A stretch of 64,000 nucleotides of DNA. Source: Podarcis filfolensis. Its lineage: Eukaryota. The stretch lies in the NCBI GenBank assembly GCA_964270895.1, contig OZ185441.1; one strand, written 5' to 3'. The stretch's first letter is position 1, and each line of letters begins with the position of its first letter. A program made the position numbers and the translations under genes. Below the pieces are notes generated by a model. That model was not told the origin of the DNA. It worked only from the letters and a program-made list of their open reading frames with translations, and searched no databases. This document shows, piece after piece, positions 1 to 12,792 of the stretch.

Positions 1-720
1 GAAAAAGGTATTTAGGTATACCTTTCCCAAGAAACCAGAGGCCTTCCTGTTGGGCATGGTGGACCAGAAAGTGTTAAAGAAGGACAGAGCTTTGTTTATG
101 TATGCTAGTACAGCAGCAAGAATACTCATTGCAAAGAACTGGAAGACACAAGATTTACCCACGCTGGAGGAATGGCAGACGCAGTTGATGGACTACATGG
201 AGATAGCTGAACTGACCGGCAGAATCCGAGATTTGGATGTAGAAACAATTGAGGCGGACTGGAAAAAGTTTAAAGACTACTTGCAAAAGTATTATAAACT
301 GTATGAATCTTAAGATTGTGCATGATTTGGAAAGGATACGCTTTAGCAATCATGATTAAGTAAATAGTAAACCAAGTGATAAAAGAGAAAAGGAGATAAT
401 ATGAATTGAACATGTTACGTTTATTTTAAAGGTATAAAAATTGTGATATAATATATTGAATTTAGATACATAACATGTAAAAGTTACAATAAGGTAGGAC
501 ATAAGGTAATAAATTGCTGACAAGGTTAATATAAAGAACGCAGAATCGGAAGGGGTGGGGAAGTCCAAGTTGGGATTTATTTTTGTTTTGATTTTTATTG
601 GTTTGTTATAAAAAAAAAAAAAAAAAAAAAAATGGTTTCTTGTAAACTCCTCATTTGCTTGCAATGTACAAAATTTGGAAAGAAACGCAATAAAAAATAC
701 TATTAAAAAAAAAAATAAAA
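1..720 (+). mobile_element. 3' end of a LINE-1 (L1/Tx1-like) element: ORF2 C-terminus, 3' UTR and A-rich tail
   Basis: Frame 2 is open from the window edge to TAA at 311-313 (KKVFRYTFPKKPEAFLLGMVDQK...AARILIAKNWKTQDLPTLEEW...WKKF), resembling the L1 ORF2p C-terminus. It is followed by a G-rich UTR tract, A23 at 610-632, AATAAA at 689-694 and an A-rich end near 720. Confidence 0.75.
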
Positions 721-724
721 TATC

Positions 725-911
725 TCACCAAGGAGTTCAAGGTGGCACACCTTGCTCTGCCCCTTTCCATATTATCCTCACAACAACACTGTGAAGTTGG
801 TTGAGCTGAAAGTTGGTGACTGGTCCAAGGCCGGGATCATGGCTGACTGGGGATTTGAACCTTGGTCTCCCAGCTTCTTGTCTGACACTCTAACCACTGC
901 ACCACACTGGC
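725..911 (-). mobile_element. tRNA-derived SINE (MIR/L2-tail-like squamate SINE)
   Basis: The minus strand begins AGCCAGTGTGGTGCAGTGGTTAGAGTG (A-box-like) and contains GGTTCAAATCC (B-box-like). Family assigned from recall only. Confidence 0.55.
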
Positions 912-989
912 TTTATGCCATCATCATCATCATTAGTCACTTTCCTCACAAAAGTGACTATAAGCAAAAACAAATATAAACACCAAAAC

Positions 990-1450
990 CAATTACAACA
1001 AACACAGCCAATAAAAAACCCTAACCAACACATCTATACCAATAAAAGACAGGTCTTACACTAGGAGGGGCCTCATGCACTGGAAACCCTACAAATTAAG
1101 GGCCCAAAGTCCAGATAAAAAGGAAAGTTTTCGCCTGGCACCTAAAAATGAAGAGAGCACCAGGCAAGTATCCCTAGGGAGAACATTTCATAAATGGGGA
1201 GCCACCACAGAAAAGGCCTGTTCTCGTGTTGCTACACTTCAGACCTCCTGTGGGGGGGGCATATGAAGAAGGGCCTCAGAGGATGATCACAGGGTTTGGA
1301 TCAGTTCATGTGGGGATTGATGGTCCTTTAGGTATTGGGGTGCTGAGTCACATAAGAATTTATAGATCAAAACCAGCATTTTGAATTGAGCCTGGAAACT
1401 ACTGGTAATTAGTAGTGGATACAGTCATGCTGGAATTGGTGTTACATATT
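990..1450 (-). mobile_element. L2-clade LINE 3' fragment
   Basis: Resembles lizard L2 3' ends (GGGGAGCCACCACAGAAAAGGCC, TTGAATTGAGCCTGGAAAC). Boundaries approximate. Confidence 0.5.
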
Positions 1451-1619
1451 TAGACTGCCCTGCCCTGGTGAATAATCTGGGAAGATAAACACTGTATAAT
1501 CTATTAACAAAATAATGAGGTTGATTAAAAATTATTTAATAATTAAAATATCAGAAGAGTCTGTAAACCAGGAAAAACAATTTTGGAAGCCCTGCTAAAC
1601 CACTGTGCTTGCGAATTCA

Positions 1620-1643
1620 GACACACGGTGTCACTCTTGCCTA
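1620..1643 (+). promoter_or_regulatory. CSE/CTCF-type promoter element of V1
   Basis: GACACACGGTGTCACTCTTGCCTA, 245 bp upstream of the ATG. Aligns with the elements before V3, V4, V6 and V7. Confidence 0.6.
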
Positions 1644-1864
1644 CAAAATCTCTTCAGGAAACCTAAGGGGATTTGCTGCCCTGCCCTCAGATGGAAAGCA
1701 AATCATTTGATGCAAGAATCCGGAGGAAAACCCCAGATACCATCAAAATATAACAGACAAAGCAGATCCCACCTTTTCAAGCGGAATTTTCATTAACCAA
1801 AGGATGAATTCATAGCATCAGGAAACCTCACATTCTGGCCATCATTCTAAGAAACCACAGCTCA

Positions 1865-4222
1865 ATGGAGACGGAGAGAAGGCAGCTGCTGCAGCTGATG
1901 GTGCTTCATGCAGCCTGGATGGTGGGGAGCGGCCAGCTCCATTATTCTGTGCCGGAGGAATCCCAGCATGGCACCTTTGTGGGCCGCATCGCCCAGGACC
2001 TGGGGCTGGAGGTGGAGGAGCTGGTGCCTCGGATGTTCCGGATGGTTTCCAAAGGACAGGAGGACTATTTTGAGGTAAATGTACAGAATGGTGTTTTGTT
2101 TGTGAATTCCCGAATTGACAGGGAGCAGCTGTGTGCTCAGAGTCCCATTTGCATCATTCATCTAGAGATGATTGTGGACAAGCCTCTCAGGATCTTCCAT
2201 GCAGAGGTGGAGATCAGGGACATAAATGACAATGCCCCCATTTTCCCAGTAAATGAACACCAACTATTTATTTTGGAATCTAGGCTGCTGGGCTCCTATT
2301 TTCCACTAGAGGGAGCTTCAGATGCTGATATTGGTTCAAATGGTCTGCTTACCTACATCCTTAGTCCAAATGATCATTTTCAGCTACGTGAAGAAAAGCA
2401 TGGAGATCTCAGTAAATCTTTAGCACTCGTGCTATACAATGCCCTGGATCGAGAAAAAATCTCTGTACATCATTTATTGCTTACTGCCACTGATGGGGGA
2501 CAACCAGAGCTAACTGGTTCAGTGCAGCTGAAGATAACTGTACTAGATGTAAATGATAATGTACCAATGTTTAACCAGTCTGTGTATGAGGTGCATCTGC
2601 TGGAAAACATCACAGAGGGAACATCAGTCATTACTTTGACTGCTTATGACTTGGATGAAGGAACAAATAAAGAAATACTGTATTCGTTTAGCAATATGAT
2701 GCCTCCCCATTTAAGGCAGGTTTTTTCCATAGATTCCAACACAGGTGAAATCAAAACCAAAGGAAAGATAGACTTTGAAGATATTAACTTATTTGAATTG
2801 CAAGTGGAAGCTGCTGATCAAGGGTCCTACTCTTTGGTCGGACACTGCAAAGTTCTGATCCAGGTTTTGGATGTGAATGACAATGCTCCAGAACTGTCTG
2901 TGACATCCATGTCTGTGCCAGTGCCTGAGGACTCCCCACTGGGGACAGTGGTGGCCCTGATGAGTATATCGGACAGTGATGCAGGCATCAATGCTCAAGT
3001 TAGTTGCTCCCTGTGGCCACATGGACTTCCCTTCAGGCTGATATCCACCTTTAAGAATTACTACTCACTGGTGCTGGCTGAATCCCTGGACCGTGAAGAG
3101 GTGGCTGAATACAGGCTGGTGGTGACAGCCCAAGACCAAGGGACTCCATCATTGTCAGCTAGCAGCAGCCTTGTGGTGCCCATCGGTGATGTGAATGACA
3201 ATGCACCTGCTTTTCCTCAGCCCTCCTATACTGTCTTTGTGAAGGAGAACAACCCACCAGGTGCTCACATCTTCACGGTGTCTGCCTCAGACTCAGATGT
3301 GGCTGAAAACGCCTTGGTTAGCTACTGGCTGGATGACAAGCTCTGGCCCCTGTCGAGTTACATCTCAGTGCACTCAGAAAGTGGGAAGCTCTATGCTTTA
3401 CAGCCCTTGGACTATGAGGAGGTGAAGCTGCTGGAGTTCCAAGTGAGGGCCAAGGATGCTGGGCTGCCCTCCCTGTGTGGCAATGTGACAGTGCAAGTCT
3501 TTGTGGTGGATGAGAATGATAATGCACCTGAAGTTTCCAAGGCAGCAGAGGCCCCCATCCTGCTGGTAGTTCCTGTTACTGCAGGACACATGGTGGGCAA
3601 GATCCATGCCCTGGATGCTGACTCAGGCTACAATGCCTGGTTGCACTATGAGCTGCATGAAGGAAGTAGTAGCTCCTGGCGTGTGGGGCTGTACAGTGGT
3701 GAGATTAGTACTACACATGCGCTGGATGAGACAGAGGGGGTAGGCAGTAGCATGATTCTCTTGGTGCTGGTGAAGGACCATGGGAAGCCTGTACGGTCAA
3801 CCACAGCTACGTTGAGCATTTCCCTGGTGGCAAGCACCCAGGCTGCTCAAGCTGATGCCCACCTCTCCAGAATGGGAGGGAGCCTCAAGCCTCTGGTGGA
3901 CACTACAAACATTTACCTGATCATTGCCATCTGCTCAGTGTCCAGCTTGTTCCTGCTTGCCATCGTTGTGTATGTGGCTCTGCGATGCCAGTCTCAGCTC
4001 GAGGACAGTTCCAGGTATGGTCCTGGCACAGCCACACTAGTGTGCGCCAGTGAAGTGGGTAGCTGGTCATATTCACAACGTCATAGTCGCAACCTGGGAT
4101 GTGTGGCTGGGGAAGCTGGTATCAAGAATGACCTCATGGTTTTCAGTCCCAATATTCCTGTCTTTGCTGTGAACACAGGAGTAGGAAATGCAAAGGAGCT
4201 TGTTCCAAATTTATCTGGAGAG
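1865..4222 (+). CDS. PCDHA: Protocadherin-alpha variable exon V1 (signal peptide, EC1-EC6, TM, variable cytoplasmic tail); needs downstream constant exons
   Basis: 786 codons. Alpha signatures [61 protein letters not shown] and VGSWSYS; DxNDN linkers. Phase-0 donor GAG|GTGAGT at 4222/4223. Isoform number cannot be assigned. Confidence 0.95.
2303..2316 (+). promoter_or_regulatory. Exonic CTCF-like site (eCBS equivalent) in V1 EC2 codons PLEGA
   Basis: CCACTAGAGGGAGC matches the CTCF core CCASYAGRKGG(C/A)GC, in forward orientation. Confidence 0.65.
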
Positions 4223-4826
4223 GTGAGTCACATTGAAGCCTTAAGAATCTTTGTAACTGATGCTCTTGTATTCCTTTCTTGTTTCAATGCATGGCATTAT
4301 ACTATAGGACACCATATAAAGAGACAATGGGGCTTGATTGCTCTGTGCACTTCTATATATTTATCTGTTCTCTTTCTTAATCGAATTTCTTGCCTATCCT
4401 TCCACCCAGGCTCAAGACAGGTACAATTTTGCTTACAATAAAAAATGTATAAAATGTATAAAAAAGTATAAAATTCATTTCATACTTACAATATTTGTAA
4501 GAATATTACAGCGCAGTAGGAGGTGTGGGGAATTCACTCTTCCCTTACTTTGAGAAGTGAAGGGATCTGTCTAGTTGACGTCCTTTGCTGTTTGAATCTT
4601 TCCCTGAGGAGAAGGTATTTTGGATATGTAGGCTTAAATCTCTTTAATTGTGATGTAGCTTTGCAGGAAAGGGTGTAGGAAGCTTGGCTAGATGCCTGTG
4701 TCCTATGATGTACCCTAGTCTCGAGGAAGCTCTGACATGCATGTGTTTCAACGCATTGGTTCCTTTCAAATCGCTATCACTGTGGAAATCCCTGACTTTT
4801 CTGTGAACTCTGGTCAAGTTTTCAAT

Positions 4827-5172
4827 GGTGGCACTGTGGGTTAAACCACAGAGCCTAGGACTTGCCGATCAGAAGGTCGGCGGTTCAGATCCCCATGACG
4901 GGGTGAGCTCCCGTTGCTCGGTCCTGCTCCTGCCAACCTAGCAGTTCGAAAGCACGTCAAAGTGCAAGTAGATAAATAGGTAGTGCTCCAGCGGGAAGGT
5001 AAATGGCATTTCCGTGCGCTGCTCTGGTTCACCAGAAGTGGCTTAGTCATGCTGGCCACATGACCCGGAAGCTGTACTCCGGCTCCCTCGGCCAATAAAG
5101 CGAGATGAGTGCTGCAACCCCAGAGTCGGCCATGACTGGACCTAATGGTCAGGGGTCCCTTTACCTTTACCT
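4827..5172 (+). mobile_element. Sauria SINE (Squam1-type), near full length
   Basis: tRNA-like head GGTGGCACTGTGGGTTAAACCACAGAGCCTAGG, mutated B box GGTTCAGATCC (4882-4892) and an (ACCTTT)n tail. Reverse-complement match to the copy at 31484-31831. Confidence 0.9.
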
Positions 5173-6840
5173 ATCCTGCATTAACAATTAGTCATTATTG
5201 ACACTTTTTAAAATGAAAAACTATTTGGCGGGACCTACTCTTGGGTAGGATCATGATGATGACATAGCAGCAACAATCTTAGAAGTGGCTTCAGATGTCC
5301 ATTCAGCCACAAATTGCACAAGGTAGCCTAGGCCCATTCATTATCATTCAGCCTAATCTGTATGATAAGAGGTGACACAACCATATGTATTACTACCTGG
5401 GCTTCAAGATTCCAGTGTGATAAGAACAAGATAGGAGAAAGTAATCCTGAAAATATTTGCAAAGGTAGTTTTTGCAAGAGCATCGTTTTTTTGTTACCCA
5501 TTCTTAAAAATAAGGTGGAATTACAGTAATGGTGGGCTTTCAGGGAAAACAGGAATAATTTGGGCTCAGATCAAGTGAGAAAAGGTCTTTTTATAATGTG
5601 TGATTAGCATCATGTATCTTAATTTTATTTGTAATGACAAAGTAAAACCAGATGATAAGCACAGTTTGGAATTACATGACCAAATGGCTACATTTCTGCA
5701 TCCGTTTGTTTAACCAATGTCCTTGTTGAAAACCATTACGGCAATTGGGCCATCACTATCCCTTAGCCTATTCTACGTCACAGGGTTGTTGTGCAAATAA
5801 TGAGCAGGGAAACGTGCTGCTCTGAGCTACTTGGAGGGCAGGTTGCATAGAATCATAGTAAACGAAATGAACCTGAGAGAACAGAGCTCTTCAACTTCAG
5901 ACTCCAGATATGCTATTCAATTTGTCAGCGTGCCCGCTTCCCTGAAAAATCCCAACAACTCATTATTTTCATAAAGATTCTTTTTTAATATTCTTTAGAA
6001 TAAAGAACTCCTCAGGCCTTTAAAGGCTGACAGATTGAGGAAGAAATTAATTTCTCTGGATCGAACCACTTCACTGTTTGAATTAGAGCTCCATGAATAA
6101 AGTATGCACTGAAACTTATGATTGGTTGCCCTTAACTATTCAGATAGCACCATCAGTGTGCATGGTATTTTATAGAGTGAAAGAGGATATGTCTGTGCTC
6201 CGAGGAACTTACAATCTAAAGCTCAGCATAAAGGAAACATAATCAGATGGACCCAAATGAAACAGTGCAAGATTGACTTGGGCATATGTAGATAGGTTAT
6301 CTTGTGACTTCCAATAATCATGACCCATCATTTCTGACACTTCCTGTTCTTCTTTTTTATTTCTTGACACGGCAGAGGGATTTTGCTTAGCTCTCAGGCT
6401 GTCAGCACTGTGACAGTGGCTGGCCTTCATTGTATAGGGTGACGGGCGGACTGTGGACTGGTGACAAGATAAACTTGCCAGTGAGGACAGCCCCTTTGGC
6501 CCCTTGTGAAAACATATTGAAGGAAAAATGGCCAAGAAACAAAAATAAGAGTTTCTAAAATGAGTAGAACACTTCTAACAACGTGGGTAACCCAGTACAA
6601 AACTCTACGGGAGCCAAACAATTTTGATTTAATTTTGGCCAATTAAGTCAACATGTATTCTCTACCTAGGCTTTATTTCTTTAAAAAAATACTGTGATGT
6701 GGTTACGAGACACTAACTTTTCAAGGAAAAAGGTATTACAATACAATATCAGCAAAATGCAAATGAATCCTACTTTATAGAGCCAAAAAAATAGGGAAAA
6801 TAAGAAGGAAGGAACATTTGTATGCCACTAATACTGATTT

Positions 6841-6864
6841 GTCACAAGATGTCGCTATCCACTG
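6841..6864 (+). promoter_or_regulatory. CSE/CTCF promoter element of V2 (canonical CGCT core)
   Basis: GTCACAAGATGTCGCTATCCACTG, 205 bp upstream of the ATG. Has the CGCT core of clustered-Pcdh CSEs and is nearly identical to the V8 element. Confidence 0.85.
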
Positions 6865-7045
6865 AAAATCAAAACGCTCTTTTGATACAAAGATCAAAGC
6901 CCCTCCCAGCAATTCAGAAAGAACAGAGACCATTAGAGGACAGTATGGATGCAACAGCATAACAACTGACTGATTCCCAGCCTTTAATGCCATCACGAAA
7001 GAGTGGATTTAATTTTTAAAACCAGGAATAAGACCTACCATTGCT

Positions 7046-9415
7046 ATGGTTGTTTTGCTCCGATGCTGCTTGGTGAGAAGGCAGCTGCTGCAGCTGTTTT
7101 TCATCTGCATGGCTTGGGAGAGAGGGAGCGGCCAGCTCCATTATTCAGTGTCTGAAGAATCCCAGCATGGCACCTTTGTGGGCCGCATTGCCCAGGATCT
7201 GGGGCTGGAGGTGGAGGAGCTGGTGCCTCGGATGTTCCGGATGGAGTCTCAAAGCCAAGGGGACTATTTAGAGGTAAATGTTCAGAATGGGATTTTGTTT
7301 GTTAACTCTCGAATAGACAGGGAGGAGCTGTGTGGCAAAAGCCCTTTGTGTGCCATTCACCTGGAGGTGATTGTGGATAAGCCTCTGAGGGTCTTTCATA
7401 TTGAGGTGGAGATCAAGGACATAAATGATAATGCTCCTACATTTCCTCAAATAGAACAAGATGTCTTTATTTCAGAAATGAGAATGCCTGGATCATTTTT
7501 CCCTCTGGTGGGAGCTTCTGATGCAGATATTGGTCCAAATTCTCACCTCACCTATACACTCAGCCCCAGCGAATACTTTAGTCTAGATATTCAGAGGAAA
7601 CACGATGAAAGTCCATCACTAGCACTCCTTTTAAAAACCTCTCTAGACAGAGAGGTGAGAGCTAAGCATCGTTTGCTGCTCACAGCCATTGATGGGGGGA
7701 AGCCAGAGCTCAGTGGCACAGCACAGCTGGTGATTTCTGTTCTTGATGAAAATGACAATGCACCTGCCTTTAATCAGTCAGTTTATAAAGTCCAAATGGC
7801 AGAGGATGTTCTAAGTGGGACATTAGTGGTCAAATTGAATGCCACAGATATGGATGAGGGAATCAATAAGGAGATTACATACTCATTTCAGAATCATGTG
7901 CCTGTTAAATTAAAAAATATATTTGTCTTAGATTCTGTTAATGGGGAAATAAGAACAAAAGAAAAATTAGACTTTGAGCAAAATCACCAGTATGAGATTC
8001 AGGTACAAGCTAGCGACAAAGGGAGCAATCCAATGACAGGATATTGCAGTGTTGTAGTGGAAGTGCTAGATGTCAATGACAATGCCCCTGAGATGTCATT
8101 AAAATCTCTCCTGGTGCCAGTGCCAGAGGATTCCCTGCCTGGAATGGTGGTGGCCCTGATCAGTGTCTCAGATCAGGATTCTGGGGCCAATGGACAAATA
8201 AGCTGCTTCCTGCACCCTCCAGAACTTCCCTTCAAGTTGGTGTCCACCTTCAAGAATTACTACTCTCTGGTAGTGTCTGAGCCTCTGGATCGGGAGCAGG
8301 TGGCTGAATACAAGCTGCTTGTAACAGCTCAAGATCAAGGGACTCCATCGCTGTCAGCCACCAGCAGCCTGGTGGTGCCCATTGGTGATGTGAATGACAA
8401 TGCACCCGCTTTTGCACAGCCATCTTACACAGTCTTTGTGAAGGAGAACAACCCACCTGGTGCTCACATCTTCACTGTGTCTGCCTCAGATCCAGATGTG
8501 GCTGAGAATGCGCTGGTCAGCTACTGGATCGATGAGAAGCTCTGGCCCCTGACAAGCTACATCTCGGTGCACTCAGAGAGTGGGAAGGTCTATGCATTGC
8601 AGCCCTTGGACTATGAGGAGCTGAAGCTGCTGGAGTTCCAAGTGAGGGCCAAGGATGCTGGGCTGCCCTCCTTGTGTGGCAATGTGACTATTCAGGTTTT
8701 TGTGGTCGATGAGAATGACAACGCACCTGCAGTGTCTGGAATGGCAGAAGAAAACCCAGTTCTGCTAGTGATCCCTGTGATGGCTGGGCATATAGTGGGG
8801 AAAATACAAGCCCTGGATGCTGACTCAGGCTACAATGCATGGCTACGGTATGAAATGCATGAGGGGACAAGTGGTCCATGGCGAGTTGGGCAGTACAGTG
8901 GAGAGATTAGCACTACACGTGCCCTTGATGAGGGAGAAGTTAGCGGTAGCAGCCAGAATCTGCTGGTCTTGGTGAAGGACCATGGGAATCCAATGTTGTC
9001 AGCTACTGCTACATTAAGTGTGACACTGGTGGCAAGCACCCAGCTCACCCGTACTGATGTTCACCTTCCAAGAACAGGAGGGAACCCAAAGCCTCTTGCA
9101 GGCAGTGCCAACATCTACCTAATCATTGCCATCTGCTCAGTGTCCAGCTTGTTTCTGCTTGCAATCATAATATACATTGTCCTGCGATGCCAGTCCCAAG
9201 CAAAGGAGGCTATGATATATGGCCCTGGCACAGCCACCCTCGTATGTGCCAGTGAAGTGGGTAGCTGGTCATATTCAAATCGTCATAGCCATATCCTGGC
9301 GGGTGTGAGTGGTGAAGCTGGCATCAAAAGTGACCTCATGGTTTTCAGCCCCAACATTCCTCCTCTGCAAGGCAGTGAGAAACAGGAACACATACTTGGT
9401 GATTCATCAGCGCAG
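7046..9415 (+). CDS. PCDHA: Protocadherin-alpha variable exon V2
   Basis: 790 codons, same alpha signatures, six EC repeats and TM. Phase-0 donor CAG|GTGAGT at 9415/9416. Confidence 0.95.
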
Positions 9416-11844
9416 GTGAGTAATACATTCTGAGGAACATTGGGGAACTTTTATCATACGTAATTGTAGCCATTAAATTAGCCTCACTATTGTGATAGTG
9501 AGGCTAAGAGTTTGAAGCGTCAGTGTCTCTGGTATTTTATTTTTTTATATTTAAAACATTTCTATGTTATGATTAGATTTAAAAACTCCCTGAGGTAGCT
9601 TATAGCTGTTGTAAAAGCTAAAACAACCATAACAAATTAATAAAACTATCAGCAACCCACACAAAATGGCATACTGAAAAACAATTAAAGCCAGCAGATT
9701 AAAACCAGCTTTGTAGCATGCTGGAAGGCCTAGACAAAAAATTTAAAATTTAAAAAGTTATTTGCATGTCATTGGAGAGATACAGGATTCAGTGCTAAAC
9801 AAATTTCCTGAAGAGGGTGTTCCAGAGGAATGGTGCCACAACACAAAAGGCCCTTTATTGGCCTGCCTCAGTTTGGAAGGCAGTTCAGAACTGTTGTTAA
9901 AGGAAGGCCTCTGACTGAAGATCTTAATGTTCAGGCAGGCTTATATGAGAGAAGGTGATATGTGTTGCAAAAACATTTATGGCTAACTTAATTTGTTCCA
10001 TGACCAAAGCACTGGTTTATCTTTTGAGATAATTAAAAGTAAATAAATCTGGCTTGCTAGAAATACTTACCTGTATTTTTTTGTATATATTCTTTATTTA
10101 AATGTGTTGCTTTGTTTTAAACATATTCCGCATTTGCAGAATTTGGTCAGTGAAGAATTAAATACCTGTAATTTTAACTTGTGTATTTTATTAGTACTTA
10201 CTGCTTTTCTAGGAATGAGTTTGTAATCCCATCCAAATATAGTTATTCTTTGCCTCTTGTGAATTGTGGTTTCGGGGGGGGGGGGGGAGAGACTCAGCCC
10301 CTGTTACTTCAAATGCATCCAGTAAGTTCAGTAGTGACAAGATGAGCAACGTAGCTGCAGCACTTGCCAGTGTCCTGGAAACTAGAATTTAATCTAGATT
10401 TGTTGGGGCAGACCTATTTAAATATAAGCATCTGGTTGAAGAAACTTTTTTCTCAGAAGCCATAAACATTCATTCAATTATTATAGTTACTCGTAACCGA
10501 GGGATGCTGTCTATTGCACAATGCATGATCTCTTAAGTCATGGGCCATGATAGTGCAATGTGTGGACATCCAATGAGTGCGACCCAGGGTGTACACAATG
10601 TTGGGAATGAGGTCAGTGGTGTGACCCTGCTCCCTGTCAGTGCCTGGGTAACATGTGAATATGGTTTGTAAGATCTTATTCTTCTTAAATGCATATAATC
10701 TTGCTAACTTTCTTTATCCTTATACGGAGTCTGGTCAAATGCAATTTATTAAAGTAGCCTATTCGACAACATTTGAATTATTGGGAGGAATCCAATATTA
10801 TGTTAAAATAATTGTTCTGTCAATACAAGCATTTCTGCTTGTTAAGTGGAAACAATCTCCCCTCTTCTCCACATCCTTCTGTGGGCTTCTGCTAGTGGGG
10901 CCAGTGAGTTGAATCTGGTCCAATATTCTTTCAAAGCAAAACTATTTTGATGTCGCTTGGTGCTAAGAAAGCCTTTGATAGATTAGAATGGTCATCTTTT
11001 TGAGAGAATTTTGGAAATCTTGATCTGGGGAAAACTCTGAAACACTAGCTTGGAATGAAATATAATTGCTGGGTATAGGAAAATGATTTTAATAAATTGA
11101 AATTATACAGAGTATTTTGATGAGTCAATTATGGAATCTTCACAGCAGGTTGCAGTCAGTTGGTCCCCATGGAAACATAGCAAAGCAGGAAGAGGAAGGG
11201 AGATAGGAGGCAGCAGCTGTAGACACATATCTGATTGATTTGTGTCTGCTTAAAATGGAGCTGTCATATGAGACAAGGCAGAATGGCTTGAAATACTGTG
11301 AGTGACTCCTAATACAGTCCATAATCTAAGAAGTGTCAGAGCATGACTGGCTTCTGGATAGCAGAATGCAGGCGATGCAAGAGAAGGGTGATAAAAGAGA
11401 AGGGAACGGAATGGTTAGAGAAGTTATTCTGCCCAAATTTGGATGACCATTGAGGCAACAAGGCCAGATGTTCTGCCCAGAGCTGAGTTTTCATCAATGG
11501 AGAATTTTGAGTGGTTCAAGGTGATGGGTAAAGCAAGTTCTTCAATCAAGATTGCAGTCAGAATAGTCGGTGTGGGCTATAACTGATGGAGTTGCATTCT
11601 TTCTGGGTTTTCCTCATTCAAACTCTTTGGCCACAATGGGCTTCCAGATTCTTTAATATGAAAATAAAATTTATCATTTTGTTCACTTATTTGCTTAGAC
11701 AAAAGGTGGTGGTCTGTATGAACATACTGGAAAAGAGTACAAAACTGAGAATTCATGGTTCCATGTATTTTAATCATTTGTAAAAGCCTGGTTTGTACTG
11801 CAGTAGAATTAAGTAAAAGCTAATAAAACATCTTAGAATAGTTT

Positions 11845-12402
11845 ATAGAAACATAGAATTGTAGAGTTGGAAGGGACCCTGACGGTCATCTAGTCCAACC
11901 CCCCGTGATGCAGGAATCTCAACTAAATCATACATAACAGGTGACCATCCAACCTCTGCTTGCAAACCTCTAAGGAAGGAGAGTCCACCACCTACCAAAG
12001 GCGTCTGTTCCACTGTCAAACAGTTCTTACTGTCAAAAAGCTCTTCCTCATTTTTGGTCATAATCTCCTTTCTTGCAACTAGAAGCCATTATTTCAGGTC
12101 CTACCCTCCAGAGCAGGAGAAAACAAGCTTGCTTGATCTTCCATGTGATAGCCCTTAAGACATTCAAAAATGGCTATCATGGCTCCTCTCAGTCTCCTTC
12201 CAGGCTAAACATACCCAACTCCTTCAACCATTCCTCATAAGGCTTGATTCCCAGACCCTTGATCATCTTGGTTGCACACATTCTCCTCTGCACACATTCC
12301 AGGTTGTCAATATCCTTCTTAATATTTTTTTTTTGCTGTTGCATCACAGTGTTGACCCATGTTAAGCTTGTGGTCTACTAAGACCCCTAGATCTTTTTCA
12401 CA
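11845..12402 (-). mobile_element. CR1 LINE 3' fragment
   Basis: Begins ATAGAAACATAGAATTGTAGAGTTGGAAGGGACC (reverse of a CR1 tail) and continues with CR1 3' UTR/ORF2-end-like sequence (CCAGGCTAAACATACCCAACTCC, GACCCCTAGATCTTTTTCACA). Confidence 0.75.
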
Positions 12403-12710
12403 TTCAGGTTCAATTAAGGAATCAAATGGAATTAAGAAACAAATGAATTTAAAGCAAAAGTTTCGTTATCAAAAATATTAGAATATTTGGAAAATAGCAC
12501 ATATCTATTCCTATATCTCTATAGCTATTTCTCAAAATAAGCAAAAATTGTCAAACATTTGAGTTCTTTCTTGGATAAAGTAGACATATAGTGGCCATCA
12601 TTACTATTATTAATATATTACCTACCCTTCATGCTAAGGTCACAGGGCAAGTTGTAGCATTAAAGACAATATTGTAAACAATGGTTAAAGCACTTGTAGC
12701 TCATGTAGTC

Positions 12711-12792
12711 TGCCCATTTTCAAGTATAATTAACATACCAGTGATTGGTGGTGCCCATTTTCAAGTATAATTAACATACCAGTGATTGGTGG
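12711..12792. repeat. Perfect 41-bp tandem duplication
   Basis: TGCCCATTTTCAAGTATAATTAACATACCAGTGATTGGTGG at 12711-12751 and again at 12752-12792. Confidence 0.95.
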
